Translations under genes and position numbers: made by a program | DNA from: Halocafeteria seosinensis | Taxonomy: Eukaryota | Direction: 5' to 3' | Assembly: GCA_001687465.1 (NCBI GenBank) | Contig: LVLI01000144.1 | Coordinates: forward strand, 1-53,366 | DNA: 53,366 bases | Part shown: positions 1 through 9,800 of the stretch, one piece after another | How the letters are laid out: every line of letters starts with the position of its first letter | How positions within the stretch are numbered: the stretch's first letter is position 1 | Notes under the pieces: generated by a model | The model's input: only the letters and a program-made list of their open reading frames with translations | Database searches by the model: none | What the model was told of the DNA's origin: nothing

Positions 1-1216
1 GAGGAGCGGATTCTTGTGCGTGGGGGCACAATGTTGAAGCATGGCGAGACAAGCAAGTTTACCTTGCCAAATAATTCAGAAATGATTATATTGAAGAGGA
101 AAGCAGCCAGTGCACTTCTTCCCGGTTTATATGCTGATTCTGAACCTAAGTAGTTTGAAACTAAAGCCTCACCCGTACCTCAAAACCCTAGTGAACTCTT
201 CCAGTGGTACTGTATGGTAGACTATCAGTCTGCGGTAGGTGGACATCACAGAGTTATGCTGGAGAGCGTGGACTGGCGATTAACAACCTTTCTACACTCA
301 AAGTTTCCTCATCGTGCAGATGAGATGTCCGTTCAAGGCGGCCTTCCAGGCTATGATAGACAAGAGAGCCAGCGAACCTCCGACTATTGATTTTTCCCAA
401 GGGGACTGCATTTATATCGTGTAGTGTAGCAATCACATTGGCTTGTCTATCCGAGGAAACAGACCGGGCGATGGCTAGAATTATTACCCAAGTGTTTGTA
501 GAAGCACGGTGCATGCCGTCTTGTACGTTCCATGCCCCCTGCGATTCGCCACCCCATGCCTGTTCTGTATCCCCGATTATCACCCGCTTATAATAATTAA
601 TACCGGAGTTTAATATAGAATGCCGGATTTATAAAATAATAAAAAGTGCCGGCTATAAATGTAATTTTATGAAATTCCCCGCTCAGTTGTCGTCCTTCTT
701 CGGCGACCCTCAATGGGCGAAATTCTCGGTAGGTCATCGGTTCTTATTCCCACTTAATCTTAATTCATCCCAGGTAGGGTCTCTTCTTGAGACATACATA
801 TATTGTGCCAACCTGCCATGCCCTGCCACAAAAAAATAACTTCTTGTGTAAAGGCATATCAAGAATATACTCTCTTTTAGTTATACCACATATTAACTAA
901 CATACTTTTGTATTTTTGTTTAAGTATTCAATTTATTAGAACCTTGCGGGCGTGTATAAAATTTAAGTTGAAGTAACAGGATTCGAAGGTTCCCACGCAC
1001 TTCAATGCGGGAAAAGCGCCGTCCCAAAAAAAAAGTTGTTTTTTGCCGATTACGCAATGTGTAGCCTATCTTTCACGAAACAAATTAGATCAATGGTCAC
1101 TACTTTTAAATCTTCTTAATGCTATAAAAAGATCTGATCTGGAGGAGTTACCTGTTGTTTTCGTTGCAAACCCCATGAAAGCTTTTTGGGAGATTTATCC
1201 TTTCCCCGGTCAACGC

Positions 1217-1417
1217 TCACCATGGCGACAGAAGCGGAGAAGATGAAGGGGACAAAATACGGGCACCTGAGGGACCACCACACGGAAATTATCCCGTTCG
1301 CGATAGAGGCGACGGGCGGTTTTGGGGAAGACGCAATCAAGTTCCTCAAGAGAATTGCCGGGAAAGCACCGGACTCCCGCCGGGGAACAAGAGAGATGCG
1401 GAACATCCGCAAGCTGA
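1217..1417 (+). mobile_element. Fragment of a non-LTR retrotransposon (CRE/R2-group) C-terminal restriction-like endonuclease region, copy 1
   Basis: Translates as AEKMKGTKYGHL..IIPFAIEATGGFGEDAIKFLKRIA, matching the E..K..KY / P.A.E..G..G..A..FL end of RLE-bearing LINE ORFs. GC-rich patch with a close second copy at 42088-42287 (-). Confidence 0.7.
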
Positions 1418-2950
1418 GCCCATCGCGGACACTGTAGCGCTGATCGAACGCATCGCACGCCCTAACACATCGCGCTTATACCCCTTGGGAAGATGTGTCT
1501 GCTACAGGCTTCTCTACGCTGTGTGAGGAGTCCACGGAACCCGGAACCGGTCCAGCATCTTCACGTTGTGTTGCATTAACGTGACTCCGTCCTCGATTCC
1601 TAGCTCGGAGACGTCTGCGATGCGCATTCATCGCACTTTATCTAACTATCTTATAACCCATTATAACAGACTCCTGAGAGCATGGCTATACCCGCATCGT
1701 CCGTCCGTATGTTTGGTAAAGATTTCATTCTCAAAAGGCTTCTCTAGACCTCGTAAAGTAGGTGTGACTGCTTTGGCAACCTGCAAAAGACTTCCCTGTG
1801 AAGTTCGCCGGCCAAGCTTCACAAGTGGCGTCTTAGCCTGAGCATGATACAATTAAGGGATTTGGAGGAGAATAGGCTGTTGATTTGTTATGGAACCAAC
1901 ATCGTCATTACGGTATGTTGGCTACAAGCTTCATTTTGGGCCGTGGATCCCCCTGTGCACTCTACTTAGACCAAAGTTCGGCTGCCGATCACTTGCCGCG
2001 CTCACGGAGAAGCCAGTAAACGTCGCTCTGAGCTCTTATACCACTGGCTTAGAAGACCATTAAGCGCTGTCACTATCAGTAGACGCATTTTGACGAGAAC
2101 GTCTTCCCTTGGAGTGGATCAAGCAGTCCTGTAATCCAGGACATTTGACTGTCGGTCGGCAACGAGATTCCTGAGCCTCGGCCTGTAGATAGTGGCGTAG
2201 ACTCCCGGGGAGCGAGTGAATATTAATTGCTTCGAGACGAGAAAAGGTAACAAAGCAGGGTCAAATATGCTTTTCGCTCGTGGGCTTGCTGTAGCTGAGA
2301 AGCAGATGATACAGTGTACCGGGTACGCAACCCAAGCAATTCACATTGCTCGGCCCTGGATGCCCCTTAATTGAAAACAAGACAATCATTGTGCAAGATA
2401 AACGAGACAAATAGCGCTTCTTCAGGTTGGCTTGAAGCTGCTGCGAGAGATTAGGTGCTGTATCACCGGGGGCTGTGCCCTACTGGCTGACTGACTTACC
2501 GGAGTACATAGTGACTGCAGAATTGGTACACTACGAACAAGCTGTTTCTATTTAGATATCACGGATTGATACTCCGGAAACGGCACTCGAGACATGATCC
2601 TACCCTGTTTGAGCTCACCGACGAAATTCCGGTGCAGTCTGTTTTGCAATAACCGTAGCCAAGTTTACAGCGCAGGAAGAACGTAAACTTCAGCGTGACA
2701 CATGGCTGCCGGATATGTAACAGATGTGTCCAGTGTTGTATTAGAGCTCAAGAATAGAATATAGCATATGATGTACTTGAGGAGCTGATTAAGGCAGCCA
2801 TGAAAGCGACTCAAATAAAACAGAGAAGAGGGCGGCTGAACCGCTGAGGTAGATTTCAACGAGGGACCTGCGAAGCCTTATGCGCTAGCTAAAGAAGGGA
2901 AGTTGTATTGTATATTCATGTGATTATAGGGAAATACTCTCCTAGCGAGT

Positions 2951-3507
2951 TTATAGGGAGTCCGGATCCCCCACGAAATATTCTCCTGTAGAATCATTAC
3001 AAAACATTATGTCTTTCCGAACAATTGCTTCATTAGCTAGACGGTCAGCCTCCGTGGTTTCCTCGCGAGGAACATGATGCACCGAGATAGACTTCACCTG
3101 TGACTGCTCCCGCAGACGCTCAAGCGTTTCGATTATTTTCTGAAGGACGGGCTGCAGGTGGGGTGAATTGCAGGCAAACGTTCCTTGCTCCCAATTAATT
3201 GCGTTCAGCGAGTCTCCATATATAGGTAGTCTGGCGCATCGTGAAGTTGACTGAAAAGTCCGTAAGCTCCTCAACTGTGTCGAGTGCGAGGAAGAGGCAG
3301 CCAACTCCGCTTCATGTTTGGTTTTGAAGTGGAGGCGAAAGCGAAAACGGAACACTGTAAATCCTTCTAGCCCTTGGGCAGTAGTTTGATGGAAGACTTC
3401 TGCATCCCTCGAATTTGCGTCTTCGGAGGCTGAGGATGAGCCTGTCTTACGGAGAAAAACGCCCGTTGTAACACTTATTAAAGGCTCGATATCAGTCTCG
3501 ACAGTGA
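2951..3507 (-). pseudogene. Degenerate RNase H-like (RNase HI / RVT_3 type) coding relic
   Basis: Motifs KTKHEAELAA (TNNxAE), IYGDSLNAIN (GDS) and HHVPREETTEADRLANEA (HVxRxxNxxADxLA). The N-terminal DG motif is only weakly present (VETD), and no ATG start is apparent. Confidence 0.65.
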
Positions 3508-3804
3508 CTTACGCGTGTAGTGTGTCAGTGAGCACTAAAAACTAAACCATTGCGAAGAGAATACCTGTTTCTGAATGCATCAGTTGTGATGTTTGTAAAA
3601 AGCAAGAGCGAAGGCAAGGAATCGATAAGTCAACCACTACAGTAGTTTACTGATAGTAAACCAAACAGTACGGACGGTCTAACTTAGTGGTTACGTGAAA
3701 ACTGCAAGTAAGTACTGTAGGTTTGGTCCACCGTGTGGAGTGTATTCGTGAGGCGATATAATCACACCGACAAAGGTTAATCCCAGTATAGTGCAAATAG
3801 TTCT

Positions 3805-6800
3805 TCACGGATTGTTAAACCGATCAACGTACTCGTGTTTCAAGCTAATAAGTGGGGTCCCATTATATTTGATACTATACCAGCCGTCATCCGTTTGTTT
3901 TTCCGGTACTATCCTCCGCTTCACCGGGAGCGACCACGAAGACGGACGCGGGTATTGAACACCGTTCTCCACAATATACCCTTCTTCATTCAAGTCAGCA
4001 GAAAACGTACCTCCTCGAAACTTAATTTGCAATACGTCCTTACCCGAATGGACGAAACCGGCATCCATCAGTTCCTTCAAAGAAACATCATGCCTTCGTC
4101 TCCGTTTTCCTGTAATGGTAGGCGATTTTACCGTCCTCGCCACCGCCTTTGCGCTCTGGTAGTCGCTTTCTTGGTCATCAGAGCTGTCATCTTTCGATGA
4201 ATGCTTAACACTATCAGGAATAGATTTTTTCCCTTCAACTCTTTCTTCTACATCTTGTACAAGATGCCACATTGCGACAGCCACACCACGAGCGATACGC
4301 TTATCAACGCGCTTAGGTTCCTTTCCTTCCTTAGAGCAAGCAATTTCCATGCTCTGTTTAGCTATGAAGTCGTACTCCGGACAATACCTCCGGGTGGTAG
4401 ATACATTTTCTCCACTGAGGGCTGTCCTTGCAGCCGACACAATGGCTTTCTCCTCTTGCGTCTTTCCCGACAAAGCATCCACGACTGCTTTGGCTGCTCC
4501 TTCAGCTACGTCTCCGTGGATACAGCCTCCTGTACTGTCCCATAAGCGGCGTTCAGAACAATTCCTCAAACAGCGATACGCTTGGCACTTCCACTTTTCG
4601 TACTCGGTGTATAACCTCTTCGGCACATGTACAACTACATCAGCATACGAAGATAGGGTCTTAATGCTGCTTGAACTCTTATCTGGAGGTGGAACAGTTA
4701 AGGGTCTACCACTACCCGCCATTCCACGCCACGCAACATGGAAGTCGTACTTCTTAGGCGATAGAAAGCCAGTGCCCTTTCGAGCAGTGTTTTTAGATCG
4801 GCTTTTTACTCCTTCACCCAAGCCTACCCAGCTATGCCCTTGATTCGGAGGCCACGACGGTGGCGCATTTGGGTTACCGGAGGAGCAATCGTAGAGGATA
4901 TTAAGAACCCTTAAGGAAGAGTGCATCGGCTTTGTCGAACCTTTCCCTGTCCTCACCTCTGCTTTCCTCGTACATAGGGAAGTTGCATTGGCACATGTCG
5001 AAGCCAGAGAAAGAAACGGGTCAGATACACTCGAGTAGCTACGGAAGCCTCTCTGTGTATTGCTGCTAGCGCACGCACCTCCACTGACACCGTTGGCATC
5101 AGTATACGATGTGTTGCCATCTATGTCTTGGCCGTGACGGCCAGGGCTCTCAGTACTCAGTTTTTTAGCCTTGTGGACTGGGTTTTCTTTCCCATCCGAG
5201 GCATACCGCTTCCCAAGGTTTTGTCCGTCATCGTCAACGTAGACGCGACTCAAATACCTTGCTCTCTTTGAACTGACAACGCATCCCGCATCATCGCCAT
5301 TCCTTAACGGTTTGGGAACAAACACGGACGATGGCAAATGTCCACTAGATGAACCCCACAAGCAAGCATCAGAGGGATTTCCTCTCACGCAACCCCAGGC
5401 ACTCCATTGTTCTTCAGCGGGAAAAACCGAGGGAGCATGGCGCGTACCCCAATGCCACCAACCGGCTTCACCTCTGAGCGATACTGACGCAGGAGACATG
5501 TCCGCCAGAAATGCCCAAGAATCTGCTTCGCTCCATCCCCACTGTTCCTCGACAGCTTCGGACCACAAGCATCGTAGCATCTCTTCGCGGCTTTCCAAGG
5601 AAAGAACATCCTGGCGTTGTGCAGGTAGAGTCACCCGCGACACTGGCCCTAGCACCCTGGGCATAGCTGAACGGAAGGGAGAAAGATGTGTTGCTAGACA
5701 CATCAGTCTTGCTTCAATCAGTGAATCGGACGGCCACTGTGCCACCAGTTCGTCTACAAATTGTTTTTTACCATCAGATGTCGGGTACTTTTGTACCAAA
5801 CACTCCCTCATCACCTTGAGCCGATGCATGTCAGAAGGGGGCATAAATTGAAATGCAGTCTGTGCCGTAGCGCTAAATTCGGTACCGCGTTCAAAGAAAA
5901 CGGCCCAACAGTGCTTTTCGATTTGCACAGGATGAAGGGGGTGTGTTGAATCGTTCGAGCGGATCCATCCCCAGCTACTATCAACGCTTGAACTTGCCTG
6001 ATCTGTCTCCTCCTGGTCATTATCAACTGATTGTGTCTTGCTTCGCGAGAAGCTGCCAGCACTATGCCCCATATTCAACCCGTATTGCCCAACTAACCTC
6101 AGCAAGGCTACATCGTGAACCCATGGACACCACCACGTTGGTAGCCGTCTATTCTCGCTAGCACTTGAACAAGAAGACGAATTTACTATGTACGCTGAAT
6201 TGAGAAGATACTCAGAGTGATTAGAGTGTAGCTCCATAGATTCCGAAGAGATATGTTTTCGAAATGAAGAGCACCGAAGAAACATCGCTAGAGAATTGTC
6301 AAAATCCAAATGGGATAGCATCCATCTTATACCACCAATTAAAGATATACGTGTGAGTAACTGCCTCGAAAATAGACGCCCTGTCAATCCGATCAGGTGA
6401 AGATCAATCTCCGGGTCTAGCACCCGAGTCCCTCGATATTGCCGCTTAAATTGTGATGGCCTAGGTCGGCTTTCATTGATAGATGCCATTTTTCCAAACT
6501 GCCGGTTAGAAGAATTATCATCAACTGATTCTTGGTCTTCACTGTCATCGTCCTCGTCGTCCACACTTTTTGACTCCTCCTCGTACTTTGCTCCACGATT
6601 CCGTTCAGATGCAGGTTCTTCCAGGTCTAAATGAGCCCCTCCCGAGCCAGCCGCTATTGCCATAACATGTGGGAGAAAGGAGCACATTACATACTCATAT
6701 GCCACCTCAGGGGGTTTTGATAGCTGAGCAGATGCCACAAGGTCCTTCCACGTGAAAAATGGCAAAGCATCGGATTTCTTTTCGTTTGCAATACCAAAAC

Positions 6801-9800
6801 TACGCACAACTTTTTCGTAGGACGAAGGTAGGGTATGAAGTCTTTCATCCGGCAAGCCAAACCGGTTTAAGGCTGATTCGAGTCTCCTTTTTTCCAGTTT
6901 GCCCCAATCCTGACGAATAACAGCAGCGCTTTTTTCCGGAGCAGAGGATGGAGAGTGGTAGTCGGCCAAGGAAGTTCCAGTGAGATCGTTCTGCTTCCCG
7001 CAGCTACCGAGGAAGACCCACTGACATAATCTTTCCAGCTCAGTAAGGGGGGGATTCTGAGTATTGGCGTCCACTGCGTACTGCCAGGCGTTAGAAATTT
7101 CCGAGTTGATTGCATCTTCGCAGACCTGCTTGAGGCTTTTATCGTGGGCGTAAGCGGCGCTAGGAGCTTTACTCGGAGCATAATACTCAACCAGACCACT
7201 CCCCTTGGTACTTGCTTTACCCCTGGGAGCCGGCCCTCGCAAGTTGCCACCTACTCCTTCCAAGCAGTCATGTCCGACTGCGTCATCAGCGAAGTGCTTC
7301 CCTCGGCAATTCCCACCACCCAATTTCAAAGCAACATTTTCATCGAGACGCAGCCCCTCGGATGCCTGATCAAGCAGTGCAGTGGATCTCGAGGATCCGG
7401 ACGCCTTACTAGTGTCTCTTTTCTTCGATGTCGATTCCTCTTTAGCAGCCGATAGACTTCTCTTTGGCATCGCCACTACGGGACGTAGCTGAAAAGGCAG
7501 CGGCTTTAGGGTCACCGGTACGTATACCCCCCCAAAGGACTGTTTCAAGTGCTTTGCCAGATAACGAGAAGTTAGACCTCTGTTCGGAACAGGATGAGTA
7601 AGTCGGCGAACATGCCGATTAATAGCTTGGACCGAGATCATGAGATACGCGGCACGAATTTCGTTAGGCACTTCCCCAATTTCCATGCCAATGTCAATTT
7701 CTTCACGAAGATCCGGTTCGTCCCCTGCTGGTGCAGGAGGTGGTAATTGGAAGTGCGCCTTCTCTGGGTCTAGGTAACCTTTCGCAGCTTGCAGCATCAA
7801 TGCGGTCCGTTGCCGTCCTTTGGCATTCATAACAACACGAGGTACCTTCGGAAGCTTCTTGTCTTCTGGCAGGCGGTTGTACTCATCGTATAGCAGAGAG
7901 CAGTAATACAATCGGGGATCCGTGGCAAGAGTATCTACTTTACCAAAACCATCAAGATAACATGCTAGTACCAAGTGACCATCATCGTAGGGGTACTTCC
8001 ACCAACTCACAGAAGGCCTTGACGTATCCGCAGAGAACCATCCTCGGGGCACAATCGGAATACGCTTGATGAGTTCATCTCGTGGCACGGTCTCAATCAA
8101 AAGCTCGTCACAGACCAGATGCGGAGGTACGTCATCCTGAGATGGCAACTTTTCCGACGGGATTGCCTGTGAAATGTGATGAGTACCACTCAAAATTTGT
8201 TTAACGTGCTTTTCCAATTCATTATCAGAGGAAAAGTTATCGTCTAACAAGATTGGCAAAGATTTTAGTTTAGGCAACTGCCTTTTCTTAGATTCACTCA
8301 CGACGACCTCCGTTAAATCTTCGTCAAATAGGAGATGATCGTCACTACCCCAGCTTTCAAAAGACTTGGCGTTCTCCTCATTTTGACCAGACTTCGGCCA
8401 TGGCATATTTACAAGGTCTGTGTGTTGCACATCTTCGCGGTTACTAGGGTAAGCAGAGGACTCGTCACTACTAAATGGAGGGTCAAGTTTTTGGAGAGGT
8501 TTCTCTTCCGTTTGTTCCTCAGAGAACCCTGCATAATCATCCACCCTAATCGAATAACCGTGCCTTACGCGTACTCGGTCCCGTACATAACGGGCAGCAG
8601 CAATTGAGACTAAATCCCGCAAGCGCATAAGCTCCTCGAAACGCTCCAAAAGCTTTAGGGCACTATCTGCGTCGAGTCTAGTTTGAAATTCTTGCTCAAG
8701 CAACACAGAAGGAATCCGGTCTTTTGGAACCGGCGGGCACATGGCTTCAGCTTCGGCCATCACCCGTTGCCCAGGTAACGGTCGGTCCATCCAGTTTTGC
8801 AGTCGCACATGGAAGACATTGCGCCGTTGGGCACCAGTCTTAGCTGATTCCCCTTCTTTTGCGTTCGACCCATTCGTTAGCTCTTCACCCCTGTTCGACT
8901 CACTACAAGTGTCCGAGACACTCTTCATAGTCTTCTCAGCTAAGTCCAAAGCTCTCCTAGCGTTGTGAACTGCACATTGTAGATAAGCTCTCGCAAATAT
9001 CTTAATCTCAGGTATAGTTCTTTTCCATAGTTTTCCTTCAAGTCGAATAGCGTGCCATCTTCCCCAGCCATACTTCCATATTGCCGTGTGGAATTTATGT
9101 CTCTCGTATGCGGTCCACGGACTGTCAATGTTACCCCATTTGGAAGAACCGATACGCTTCTCTTCCTCGTACATCTTGCGCAAGTTCCAGCCTCCCTTGT
9201 CCTCAAGACCGAGGTTTTGGCTGCCTCCTTCCATAGCTATCCGGAGCTCTTCATCAGTGATCCCATATTTTCTCCCCTTGGCTTTAAGTTTGATTCCTCG
9301 CTTGTCTTTGCTCTTTTCCCCGACTGAGTGTGCATCATCATCATCCGGACCATACTCCCCCATGGAGTCGTCGCTGTCGTACAGCTCCAACTGTGCCTCA
9401 TCTGTATTCCTCTCCTCTTCTTCCTGACCACCGTATCGTGCAACCTGCTTCCTTCGCCGTGACCTGTCAGCTATGACATTACCTTCCTCGTCAACTACTT
9501 GCCCTCGAGCATTCATCATCAACCCTCCACCGAGTTCTTCAACTACTTCTGCTCCCGAAGGTGCATCTAGGCCAATTTGTTTCGTCCAAAATTCTGGGTC
9601 ATCTAGATCAACCTCTTGACCAGAACTACTAGTTACAAAACTGGCTTTGGAAAATTCATTGCTCGCTGCCTCTTTTGGTTTGCCTTCCTCTGAACCCTCC
9701 CATACCACAGTAGTGGAGCGTTGCAAAATGGTGTCGATATCTTCCTCACAAAACCTCTGAGAAGCTCTGTCTCCCTCTTCTCCCTCATTGAACACATCGT

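Noticed and set aside
1..390. Frame +1 open from 1 to 390 except for a TAG at 151-153
   Set aside because: No recognisable motif; could be a gene end or a relic but cannot be supported.
970..990. tRNA gene
   Set aside because: Only a partial T-arm/acceptor-like string; no D arm or anticodon arm can be folded.
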